Shown: positions 21,005-30,126, numbered from the stretch's first letter. The stretch is DNA of 64,000 nucleotides from Candidatus Culexmicrobium cathedralense (GCA_025061115.1 JANZKC010000004.1:32001-96000); one strand, 5' to 3'. Made by a program: numbers and translations. The notes: generated from the sequence alone by a model not told the origin.

Positions 21005-22546
21005 ATGAACTCTATGGCTAGCGAGCTAAGGAGAGCTATAGCAAAAATACTCAGCATAGGCCTTCAAATAAGCCCAGATGCGGTCGACGTTCTTGCAAGG
21101 AGGAAGGATGCTCTTGAAATAGCCTGCAAAGTAGTTGAGAGACTTAAAGAATTAGATGAGAAGCCCATTGTTCTAACTGCGGACTTAATGTTTAAACTCA
21201 TTCAAGTTGAAGAAGCAAAGCAAGAAGAAGAGGAAATTGATGCTGAAAAAATTCCTGTGGATGAAGAAGTCATATTCGATCCAACGCAAGTTATACGCTC
21301 CGAAGGTAGTGCTGAAAGCTTTGTAAGTTACTTCGTAAGCCGGTATAACAAGTTAAAGAGGATAATGCTGAGAGAGCGCTTTGACGTGCGCAATGCCATT
21401 ACAATTAGTCAAATTAGGAAGTGGAGTCACAGGGGAAAAGGCACAGTAAAAGTGATCTGCATGGTAACTGGAAAGAGAAAAACTGCTGAGAGAAAAATTA
21501 TTCTCGAATTAGAAGACCCCACTGGCAGCATAGTAGCTGTAGTCAACGATAGAGACCCAAATGTCCTAAGCAGGGCTGAAAAAGTAATTCGAGATGAGGT
21601 GCTGTGTGTTGAGGGGCAATTAGTGGGTGACATACTATTAGTTTCAGATATTATTCAGCCAGAAGTTCCAATACCAAGTGTTCGCGAAAAGGGATCTGCG
21701 CCACCAGTATTTGCAGCCTTGATTTCTGACTTGCATGTAGGAAGCAAATACTTTATGCGTTCAGCATTTAATCGATTCCTACTCTGGATCAATGGCAAAC
21801 TAGGGGTGGAGAGGTATAGGAGTCTTGCTCGAAGAGTGAAATATTTGATAATTGCAGGGGATGTAGTTGATGGAATTGGAATATATCCTGAGCAGGAAAA
21901 AGAGCTGCTTGTTAAGGATATAAAAAAGCAATATAGAATGGCTGCAGAGTACTTAGCTCAAATTCCTACGCATATAAGGGTAATAATTATACCTGGAAAC
22001 CATGACGCCACCAGGCAGGCGCTTCCTTCACCATCAATTTTCAGAGACTGCGCTGAGCCAATATATCGGCTGCCCAACGTAAGGGTCATTGGCGACCCAG
22101 CATACGTTAAGCTTCATGGAGTGTTATTCCTAATAACCCATGGACGAAGCCTTGATGATGTACTGGCTACAACTCCTGGAGTTAGATATGATAAACCTGC
22201 AGAAGTCATGGTGGAGTTACTAAAGAGGAGGCACATTGCTCCCATATACGGTGGGAGAACTCAAATTGCACCGGAGAAGGAAGATTACCTTGTTATAGAT
22301 AAAATTCCAGACGTCTTTCATGCGGGGCACCTACACACTTTCGGATACATGAATTATAGGGGGGTAGTAATCGTGAATTCAGGTGCATGGCAAGAGCAGA
22401 CCGACTACATGAAGTCCATGGGGATCAAGCCGGATCCAGGAAAAGTCACGCTGGTGGATCTAAGTAATAAAAGGGTTCATGCAATATTGGACTTTGCTAA
22501 GGAGAAGAGTGTAGAAATGTTCAGTTCACTTAGCGCCATCATATAA
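21005..22546 (+). CDS. DNA polymerase D small subunit DP1
   Basis: SDLHVGS, AGDVVDG, PGNHD, HG, GHLH, NSG plus OB fold. Confidence 0.93.
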   Translation: MNSMASELRRAIAKILSIGLQISPDAVDVLARRKDALEIACKVVERLKELDEKPIVLTADLMFKLIQVEEAKQEEEEIDAEKIPVDEEVIFDPTQVIRSEGSAESFVSYFVSRYNKLKRIMLRERFDVRNAITISQIRKWSHRGKGTVKVICMVTGKRKTAERKIILELEDPTGSIVAVVNDRDPNVLSRAEKVIRDEVLCVEGQLVGDILLVSDIIQPEVPIPSVREKGSAPPVFAALISDLHVGSKYFMRSAFNRFLLWINGKLGVERYRSLARRVKYLIIAGDVVDGIGIYPEQEKELLVKDIKKQYRMAAEYLAQIPTHIRVIIIPGNHDATRQALPSPSIFRDCAEPIYRLPNVRVIGDPAYVKLHGVLFLITHGRSLDDVLATTPGVRYDKPAEVMVELLKRRHIAPIYGGRTQIAPEKEDYLVIDKIPDVFHAGHLHTFGYMNYRGVVIVNSGAWQEQTDYMKSMGIKPDPGKVTLVDLSNKRVHAILDFAKEKSVEMFSSLSAII

Positions 22547-22575
22547 TTGCCCTTAATGCTGGGGGAATTGATAAA

Positions 22576-23562
22576 ATGGTTAAGATACGAGATGTTGGTG
22601 AATGGAGAATAATTGAAACAATCTTCAATGAAATAAGAATGTATCGAGACATGCCGCTGCCCTACGGTGATGACGCTGCAGCACTTAAAGCCACTAAACA
22701 AAAATTCATTGTAGTCAACTCCGACATGTTAGTGGCATCAACAGACGTTCCTCCTGAGATGACGTACAAGCAGGTTGGACGTAAAGCAACTATAATGTGT
22801 ATAAGTGATCTAGCTGCAAAAGGTGCAAGGCCAATAGCGCTTCTTTTCGCGCTTGGACTAAAAGCGGACATGAATCTAAGCGACTTCAAGGAGCTGATTA
22901 GGGGGCTTGATGAGGGGGCAAAAGAGTATAACGCCTACATAATTGGCGGAGATGTAAATGAAGCTTGTGACCTAATAATTTCAGGGACAGCCATAGGCGT
23001 AGCAGACAACTTGATAAGTCGAAGTGGAGCAAGAGAGGGGGATATAGTTGCAGTTACTGGTGAATTTGGCAATACAGCAGCAGGGTTAAAAATCCTTCTT
23101 GAAGGCATGGATGCGCCGCTCCCACTTAAAAAGCGATTACTAAAAGCAGTGTACATGCCAAGGGCGCAAGTAAAAGAGGGGGTAGCATTAGCCGAAAGCA
23201 ACACTATTACATCAGCCATCGATAGCAGTGATGGACTTGCAATTTCACTGCATGAAATAGCGTCAAAAAGCGGAGTGGGCTTTGAAATCGGTAAATTGCC
23301 AATCTCAAAAGAAGCCGCCAAGTTCTCTCAAATGCACAATTTAGATCCATTTGAGCTCGTCTTCTACGGTGGAGAGGAATATCATCTGGTTGTCACGGTT
23401 AAGAGGGAAGAATTTTCTAAAGCGCTTGAAGCTGTGCAATCGGTTGGAGGGCAATTAATACCTATAGGAAAAGTCGTGAAAGAGAATAAAGTAATATTTA
23501 AGAGAAGGGGTGTTGAGAGGATTATCGAAAAAAGAGGATGGGAGCACTTTACAAGTAAATAA
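22576..23562 (+). CDS. thiL: thiamine-monophosphate kinase
   Basis: GDDAA, SDLAAKGA, GGD, DSSDGL, GGEEY. Confidence 0.94.
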   Translation: MVKIRDVGEWRIIETIFNEIRMYRDMPLPYGDDAAALKATKQKFIVVNSDMLVASTDVPPEMTYKQVGRKATIMCISDLAAKGARPIALLFALGLKADMNLSDFKELIRGLDEGAKEYNAYIIGGDVNEACDLIISGTAIGVADNLISRSGAREGDIVAVTGEFGNTAAGLKILLEGMDAPLPLKKRLLKAVYMPRAQVKEGVALAESNTITSAIDSSDGLAISLHEIASKSGVGFEIGKLPISKEAAKFSQMHNLDPFELVFYGGEEYHLVVTVKREEFSKALEAVQSVGGQLIPIGKVVKENKVIFKRRGVERIIEKRGWEHFTSK

Positions 23563-23579
23563 GCCACATAAGTGTCCAT

Positions 23580-25316
23580 ATGAAAAATGTTGAGCGCGTT
23601 TTCATAATTGATGGATACAATGATGAGCCAGCAGGGTTAGGGGTACCTCCATACCTAGATGTATATGCCAGATATTCTGCTGGAGCCATATGGACATATG
23701 ACAGAAGCATCCAAGTCTTCTACTTCACAATTGATGAAGTTAGGAAAAACTTTGATTTCGTAATTAAGAAGGCAAACTCCTCACAGTTAGTGATCGTGAT
23801 AGGTGGAATGATAGTTCCAGGGAAATATTTAGGTGGGGAGCCTATAAAGCCAGAAGAAGCATTAAAAATTGGAAAACTTCTCACAAAGCCTGTGAAGATC
23901 CTTGGAGGCCCTGCAGCGAAGTACGGCTTTGGATTGGAGGGTGGAAAGAGCCCAAAAAGAATGAAGGAGCTAGAAGACCACTATGACATCATAGTTAAAG
24001 GCGACTTAGAAGTAATCACATACCGCTTACTAACCGAGAAACTGCGCGTAGAAGCCGTAGATCCTTATGAGAAGAGGAAGAACGCCAGTGAAATAAGGGA
24101 CTATGCAATTAGAGGAGCAAAAATAGCTTTAGACCACCCAAATTACGGCTTAAACCTGATATGTGAAATTGAAACTTATAGAGGGTGCCCCCGCTTCATT
24201 ACAGGCGGGTGCTCGTTTTGCGCTGAAGTACTTCATGGTCTTCCGGATTTCAGGCCAATAAAAGACATTGTTGATGAAATAGAGGCGCTGTATAGAGTGG
24301 GTGTAACGCACTTTAGACTTGGAAGACAGCCTGACATATATAGCTACATGGCTTTAGGCGTGGGAGAAACGGAATTCCCTAAATTAAATCCATCAGCCAT
24401 AGAAAAGCTGTTCTCAGCAATAAGAAATGTCGCCCCCAACATCAAAGTGCTTCATATAGATAATGCAAATCCGGGCGCTATAGCGCATCATCCAGAGGAG
24501 GCCAGAGAAATAACGAAGATAATAGTCAAGTATCACACTCCAGGTGACGTAGCAGCTTTCGGTGTTGAATCGGCGGATCCAGCAGTAATAAAAGCTAACA
24601 ACTTAAAAGCCCAGCCTGAAGAAGCAATGAAAGCTATTGAAATAGTAAATGAAATAGGCGCTAGAAGAGGGTGGAATGGGCTTCCAGAGCTCTTACCAGG
24701 AGTAAACTTTGTTCATGGACTAATTGGCGAAACAGCAAAAACGTATCAACTAAATCTGGAGTTCATGAGAGAAGTGCTTGCCAGAGGATTACTAGTAAGG
24801 AGAATAAACATCAGACAGTGCATACCACTTCCAGGAACGCGGATGTGGAGTGTTGGAAACAAAATTATCAAGCGCCATAAGGGCATTTTCAAAAAATATA
24901 AAGAGAAAATGCGCAGAGAAATAGATTTGCCGATGCTTAAAAAGGTCATACCTACTTGGACTATTCTCAGAAAAGTATTCACTGAACAATCTGATGGTAG
25001 AATGACGCTGGCGAGGCAAGTTGGTTCTTACCCAATCCTCGTATCAATACCAATTAAAGTAGAATTAGGTAACTTTCTAGACGTGGTTATTGTTGATCAC
25101 GGTTACCGATCAGTAACCGGGCTACCCGTGCCACTAAGGATCAACAAAATGAGCGTGGAAACTCTAGCTAGAATACCTGGGGTAGGTAAAAGGCGTGCAG
25201 CTAAAATAGCAGTTAAACGTCCAATAAAAGGCGCTAAAGATTTAGATGAAATTATAGGCGACAGAAGCTTGGTTGAAAAAATATGCGAGATCGCTGACTT
25301 CACCGATGAAGGATAA
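23580..25316 (+). CDS. archaeal radical SAM protein with C-terminal HhH (COG1031-like)
   Basis: [15 protein letters not shown], Cx7Cx2[10 protein letters not shown] HhH. Confidence 0.85.
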   Translation: MKNVERVFIIDGYNDEPAGLGVPPYLDVYARYSAGAIWTYDRSIQVFYFTIDEVRKNFDFVIKKANSSQLVIVIGGMIVPGKYLGGEPIKPEEALKIGKLLTKPVKILGGPAAKYGFGLEGGKSPKRMKELEDHYDIIVKGDLEVITYRLLTEKLRVEAVDPYEKRKNASEIRDYAIRGAKIALDHPNYGLNLICEIETYRGCPRFITGGCSFCAEVLHGLPDFRPIKDIVDEIEALYRVGVTHFRLGRQPDIYSYMALGVGETEFPKLNPSAIEKLFSAIRNVAPNIKVLHIDNANPGAIAHHPEEAREITKIIVKYHTPGDVAAFGVESADPAVIKANNLKAQPEEAMKAIEIVNEIGARRGWNGLPELLPGVNFVHGLIGETAKTYQLNLEFMREVLARGLLVRRINIRQCIPLPGTRMWSVGNKIIKRHKGIFKKYKEKMRREIDLPMLKKVIPTWTILRKVFTEQSDGRMTLARQVGSYPILVSIPIKVELGNFLDVVIVDHGYRSVTGLPVPLRINKMSVETLARIPGVGKRRAAKIAVKRPIKGAKDLDEIIGDRSLVEKICEIADFTDEG

Positions 25317-25349
25317 ATTCTTAAATGTAACCCCAAACTATCAGATATG

Positions 25350-25455
25350 GGGCCCGTAGCTCAGCTTGGATAGAGCAACCTCATCCTAGCAGGATGAGGC
25401 TCGAGCCGGCCTTCTAAGCCGGGGGCCGCGGGTTCGAGTCCCGCCGGGCCCGCCA
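25350..25455 (+). tRNA. tRNA-Arg(TCT) with 28-nt intron at the D-arm/anticodon-arm junction (25/26 or 26/27)
   Basis: Anticodon arm CCGGC-CTTCTAA-GCCGG; intron hairpin CCTCATCCT/AGGATGAGG; encoded CCA. Confidence 0.92.
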
Positions 25456-25504
25456 TAAACATTAAGTTAACTGTAATTGAACCATTAGCTAATTTTAAAC
25501 CTAT

Positions 25505-26197
25505 TTAGATTACAAATCTCTCATAATCAATCAACTTAATTGCTAAGATAAAACATAGGAATAATATTAATGAAACAAGTAAAAGAGGAAACTGCATCCT
25601 CATCAAAGAAGCCAAATACGATACACTCCCCATAATTCTAGCCATAAGAACAATAAAGTTTATAATAATCAAGCTAATAATCGCAGGAATATACAAAACC
25701 AAGATATTCCTAGAAATAAGCTGTAATAATCCAACATTAACTATTAAAGAAAAAGACAATAAAGGATAGGATAAAAATAGAGAGAAAAGCATTTCCCAAC
25801 TTAAATTTAAGTTAACACCACCAACTATACAAGAAATATATGTTGCCACAGAACCTAGAGAAACATACAAATATGTTAGCAAGAGTATTGACAGAGATTT
25901 CCCAAAAATTATAATTGCTGGAGATAACGGCAAAGTAAGGAGATATTCAATAGTTCTAGAACTTTTCTCTCTAGAAAAGAACTGACCACAAAGAATTAAT
26001 GGCAGAAACATTGTATAGGGTTGAAAAAGATAAAAGAAAGCATACGACACCCTTGATTCATCAATCAAAAAAGGAATAAGTGATGAAGGTAAAAGAACAC
26101 TGATAAAGAGAACTATAAATTGCAACTTACTTCTAAAAACCATTTTTAAATCCTTCCTCATTATCAGCACTACTAGCTTAAAATTATTCAGAAACAA
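25505..26197 (-). CDS. ABC-2 type exporter permease (start uncertain)
   Basis: About 6 TM segments, EKSSRTIEYLLTLP..IIFGK motif. Confidence 0.88.
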   Translation of the reverse strand: MFLNNFKLVVLIMRKDLKMVFRSKLQFIVLFISVLLPSSLIPFLIDESRVSYAFFYLFQPYTMFLPLILCGQFFSREKSSRTIEYLLTLPLSPAIIIFGKSLSILLLTYLYVSLGSVATYISCIVGGVNLNLSWEMLFSLFLSYPLLSFSLIVNVGLLQLISRNILVLYIPAIISLIIINFIVLMARIMGSVSYLASLMRMQFPLLLVSLILFLCFILAIKLIDYERFVI

Positions 26198-27092
26198 ATT
26201 TCCTATACACCTCCTCCAAGGAAAATTCCTCAACTCCAATGCTCTTAAACCTACAATTAACCCTCATTAAAATCTCAGCAATTTTATTTGGATGCGAATC
26301 AACAAAAATTTCCAATTTCTCTCTATCAACCCAGAAGGATAGAGCATTAGATTTAAAAGCATTAACAGCTAAAACAAAGTTCTCCCCATCAAAAAATGTA
26401 ACCTTAACAACACCTCTAGAAAGCATCTCTTTAATCTCACTCTTAACACCTTGAATAACAAGCCTACCCTTATCTAGCAATATAATTTTCTCAGCTAAAT
26501 CATCAACTAACATCAAATCATTAGATGTTATAAAAATAGTCTTCCCTTCATCCCTCAAAGATCTAATTAAACGCTTAATTCTTTCCTGCCAAGTTAAATC
26601 CAAGAAAACAAGAGGTTCATCAAGAATTAGAAGCTCAGGATCATGAATTAAAGCTCCAACAAGAGAAAGTCTTCTCCGCATACCCTTAGAAAGTTTACCA
26701 ACAATAGTATCCAATTCATCTTCTAAACCAACCTGTCTAAGTAAATCCTTCAACTTCGATCTTCCAGCATCCAAGTTATAAGCTCTACTAAGAAAAAGAA
26801 GATTATCATATACTGTGAGTTCATCATACATACCATCAAAATCCAATAGTAAACCAATTCTAAACTTAATATTAACATTATTAAATGGATTTTCACCAAA
26901 AACTTTCACTATCCCTCTAGTAGGCTTAAGTAATCCAGCCATCAACTTAGAAATAGTAGTTTTACCAGCACCGTTTGGACCAATACAGCCTACAATTTCA
27001 CCACAATTCACTCTAAATGAAATATCATTAACACCAAGCCTGCTATGATAAAACTTCGATACACTATCAAATATAACAATATAATCACCCAT
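26184..27092 (-). CDS. ABC exporter ATP-binding subunit
   Basis: GPNGAGKTT, LSKGM signature, LILDEP; switch His appears as Asn. Confidence 0.92.
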   Translation of the reverse strand: MGDYIVIFDSVSKFYHSRLGVNDISFRVNCGEIVGCIGPNGAGKTTISKLMAGLLKPTRGIVKVFGENPFNNVNIKFRIGLLLDFDGMYDELTVYDNLLFLSRAYNLDAGRSKLKDLLRQVGLEDELDTIVGKLSKGMRRRLSLVGALIHDPELLILDEPLVFLDLTWQERIKRLIRSLRDEGKTIFITSNDLMLVDDLAEKIILLDKGRLVIQGVKSEIKEMLSRGVVKVTFFDGENFVLAVNAFKSNALSFWVDREKLEIFVDSHPNKIAEILMRVNCRFKSIGVEEFSLEEVYRKFVSE

Positions 27093-28464
27093 TAGAATCA
27101 CCAAATATTTTTGCACGTAAATTCATTTTACAACCCCAAGTACACTCATCTTTCAATGACTCCCACATTTTAATCCCTCTGGCAATACACCCTAAACAAA
27201 ACGCTAAATGAGAACATTTTTTGCAGACATCTTTATTAGGAAATGTAAGATGTAGGTCATTAAATATTAACATAATATTCTCTAAAGAATCACGAAAAAT
27301 ATTGCCCATATATAAATAAGTGGAAGGTAGCATTATGCAAGGTCTTACTTCACCTTTAGGATTGATAACTATAGATTTTCGCCCTGCACCACATCCAATA
27401 TTAATGAAACTTTCAACAATATGTTCAGGAATTATTTGTATAAATCCTCTAAATTTACGCCGTAGCTTTTTTACTTTTCTCATAAGCATTTTTACTTGAT
27501 TAGATGAGAGTTTAAGAGTATTATAGCTTCTTGAAGCTCTTCCAAAGGGTAATATCGGAGAGTAAGCAAAGGACGAAGCACCTAATTTTTTTGCAAGTTC
27601 AATAACATTTTCAATTTTAGTATAATTCTGAGGTGTAATACACGTTGAAACTCTCACTCTTATTTTAGCATCTGCTAACATTTTTATACTATTCACAGCT
27701 CTGTCAAAAGAGCCAGAAACTCCAGTAAAATAGTCATGATAATCGGAAGAATCGCTAAATAGAGTTATGCTAAAGCTAATAACATCTCTATACTTCTGAC
27801 ATATTTTGACTAAATTTCTATCAATATAATAACCATTAGTAATTACACTTACTATGAGAAAGTTTTTACAACAAAACTCAAGGATGTCAAGGAAATTACT
27901 ATGCAGAAGAGGCTCTCCCCCCGTTAATTCAACAATTCTAGAACCAGCTTTAGCATATTTTTTAAGAATGAATAATAATGCATCTGTTTTAATTTCTTCA
28001 CTGTAATTAAATGAGGAAAAAGCATAACAATGTTTACACCTAAAATTGCATTTATAAGTTAATTCAATGACTAGATGTAAAGGAATAGTGTACTTGTAAC
28101 TTCCTTTAATAATACTTGAAAAATCTTTGCCTCTAGCCAATGGAGAGTCCAGCAGATAAATATGGTTAAAATTCAATGCTTTTAAAATAAAAATTAAATT
28201 ACCTTTAAACTCTTGCTCATTTTTTGACAAAATTTCCAAAATTTCCTTGACTGTTCGTGTTCCATTGCATAAAAGAAGTAGATTAAGAGCATCTTGATTT
28301 ATTAATGCGTATCTCATGGAAGATCTAGTTGATGATTCGTTTATACGTGGTCGTTCTATTAGATATGCTCCCTCGGGTGCTTTGTGTAGCAAAATAGAAT
28401 CCGAAAGTACAGGATATTTCGTAAGTATATTCTCTCTTGAAGAAGTTTGTACATAATGTTTCAT
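27085..28464 (-). CDS. RRE + radical SAM + SPASM peptide maturase (AlbA-like)
   Basis: PqqD-like INQDALNLLLLCNGTRTVKEI; CNFRCKHC; GGEP; SPASM CGAG...GEVRPC...CxxCx5CxxC; ATG 1 nt after precursor stop. Confidence 0.9.
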   Translation of the reverse strand: MKHYVQTSSRENILTKYPVLSDSILLHKAPEGAYLIERPRINESSTRSSMRYALINQDALNLLLLCNGTRTVKEILEILSKNEQEFKGNLIFILKALNFNHIYLLDSPLARGKDFSSIIKGSYKYTIPLHLVIELTYKCNFRCKHCYAFSSFNYSEEIKTDALLFILKKYAKAGSRIVELTGGEPLLHSNFLDILEFCCKNFLIVSVITNGYYIDRNLVKICQKYRDVISFSITLFSDSSDYHDYFTGVSGSFDRAVNSIKMLADAKIRVRVSTCITPQNYTKIENVIELAKKLGASSFAYSPILPFGRASRSYNTLKLSSNQVKMLMRKVKKLRRKFRGFIQIIPEHIVESFINIGCGAGRKSIVINPKGEVRPCIMLPSTYLYMGNIFRDSLENIMLIFNDLHLTFPNKDVCKKCSHLAFCLGCIARGIKMWESLKDECTWGCKMNLRAKIFGDSNG

Positions 28465-28465
28465 A

Positions 28466-28612
28466 TTACTCTCCAAAAAGCACTGCTACAGTTGTTGAAT
28501 TAGCTACAACGATTATTGCAGGAGAAGTACCGCATGAAAGACAACCCTCACATAGGAAGCATGCAAAACAAAATTCTGCTATTGGTTCTACTTCGTACTT
28601 AGCTACCATCAT
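28466..28612 (-). CDS. putative sactipeptide-like RiPP precursor, 48 aa (not in ORF track)
   Basis: MMVAKYEVEPIAEFCFACFLCEGCLSCGTSPAIIVVANSTTVAVLFGE; GGAGG SD and TATA upstream; abuts rSAM gene. Confidence 0.85.
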   Translation of the reverse strand: MMVAKYEVEPIAEFCFACFLCEGCLSCGTSPAIIVVANSTTVAVLFGE

Positions 28613-28635
28613 CCATCTCCTCCACTTTCTTCTAT

Positions 28636-28657
28636 TTTTTTAAATATATATTTTTCG
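28636..28657 (-). promoter_or_regulatory. candidate BRE/TATA promoter of the RiPP operon
   Basis: Minus strand CGAAAAATATATATTTAAA about 30-45 nt upstream of the precursor start. Confidence 0.5.
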
Positions 28658-28754
28658 TTAAATAAAAGAGTAATAGTGTATATTATTATACATCAAACTA
28701 TAAACTATATAAGGAGACCACTATAGGCTAAGTTATAAAATCAATATATTTTAA

Positions 28755-28868
28755 TTATTTTAAAATAAGATTTGAGAAATGTCTTCGTATAATATGGCCA
28801 GCCAGGTCAAGAACCTTAGTTGCCCGCTCAATAATTACACAATCACTTGTAGCAATCACTGTCACCAT
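28755..28868 (-). pseudogene. 3' fragment of a DUF434 gene homolog
   Basis: VIATSDCVIIERATKVLDLAGHIIRRHFSNLILK aligns ungapped to the C-terminus of 16100-16756 (21/34 identical by hand count). Confidence 0.85.
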
Positions 28869-28974
28869 AATTGTTTTTCCAGCTATATATTGCAGTTAAA
28901 GTTTTAGCCGTATAATTTAGCTGGCCTAGTATGTTGTTTTTAGTTAGCCATGAGCTTGCCTTTAAGTTATAGTT

Positions 28975-29274
28975 TCACTCTTTCGAGTATGGTCCGAAGT
29001 TTAGTGTCTGGCTTTTACTTGATAGTTTTGGACCGCCTTTTTCACTGAAGCTTTCAACAAGATTTGCCCATTCTGGTGTTTTAATTGTTATTTTTCCACT
29101 TACTGGATACTTCTTAACTTCACGTTTATACAACTTATATCCCATGAATTGTCCGTTTGGTGGTGGATTGTCATGCCATTGGTTGTTCCAATAATACTTG
29201 TCTATGTAAATAATCTTCTTAGTGGATGTATGTGTTACCTTGATTTTTGTTAAGGTTGAGCAGTAATTGTACTT
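28975..29274 (-). pseudogene. startless open frame, probable truncated gene of unknown family
   Basis: About 99 stop-free codons in AT-rich DNA (..KIKVTHTSTKKIIYIDKYYWNNQWHDNPPPNGQFMG..). Confidence 0.35.
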
Positions 29275-29625
29275 TTAGAGCAGTTGAGAGAGATATAGCT
29301 TTGGTTCCGACGCCAATGGAAGTTTTAGGTGTAATTGTTTCTAGGGATCCAACAGTTAAATGGTTAAAGTTCTATAGATATGTGATAGATGACTTTGAGA
29401 ATAAGGCTATTCAGCGAAACATTCTTTTTGTCAGTGCTATTCCATACATGATTTTTAGGAGAATTACTGATTTCATGGAAAGTAAGATCAGTAAAGATGA
29501 TGAGAGAAAGCTATTCCAATTAATATTCCATAAATGCTACTGGACTCATCTGCTAAGTGTTTCACATGTGATAAATTTCAGTTTAAAATGAAAAACGCTA
29601 AGAAGTGCGCAAATAAGTGGCTTTT
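29247..29625 (+). pseudogene. possible frameshifted uracil-DNA glycosylase-like gene fragment
   Basis: IVSRDPT, then YWTHL / frameshift / KCF...NAKKCANKWL. Confidence 0.35.
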
Positions 29626-29962
29626 TCTTGGTTGTATATATTTTCTTTTATTGCGAATGCTAGGTAGTATTTTCTAAGTATTTTGTATTCTCTTGGTATG
29701 GCTCTTCCTTGCAATGCGTCTATTACTTTTCTCATAGTATTCTTATTAGGCTCATATGGGTTGTATATAATGCTCTTTAGATCATCCAATCAAACATAAT
29801 AATGAAGTTATAAACACTCGCCAATTAATTTGATTATAAAAATTAACATCATTCTCTACTAATGTTTCATTCTGCAATTTTGATGATCATTTAGGATAAT
29901 ATGGTGTGATGAAGTGTTTCAGTTTATCATGAATTACTGAAACGTTAGTATATAAATTTCAA

Positions 29963-30010
29963 GCCTTCTAAGCCGGGGGCCGCGGGTTCGAGTCCCGCCG
30001 GGCCCGCCAT
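29963..30010 (+). repeat. att site: duplicated 3' half of tRNA-Arg
   Basis: GCCTTCTAAGCCGGGGGCCGCGGGTTCGAGTCCCGCCGGGCCCGCCAT identical to 25409-25456. Confidence 0.95.
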
Positions 30011-30126
30011 TTCCCTAAACAACTTATTAGCTCGACATTTCATGGTATGTACTATCTGCCTACTAGTTGCGTGGAGTGCTGAATTTCGAAAAAGTGTTTA
30101 AAGCAGGTTTGTGTTTTCCTTTAGTG

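Larger units (their letters stand above)
25409..30010. mobile_element. tRNA-Arg-integrated genomic island (no integrase found)
   Basis: 48-bp perfect direct repeat of the tRNA 3' half at 25409-25456 and 29963-30010; interior markedly AT-rich. Confidence 0.92.

Noticed and set aside
28437-28643. 68-aa plus-strand ORF in the track
   Set aside because: Antisense shadow of the precursor, which has the SD, promoter and operon coupling
29963-30010. Second tRNA-Arg gene or split tRNA half
   Set aside because: Only the 3' half, with no complementary leader; better explained as an att site
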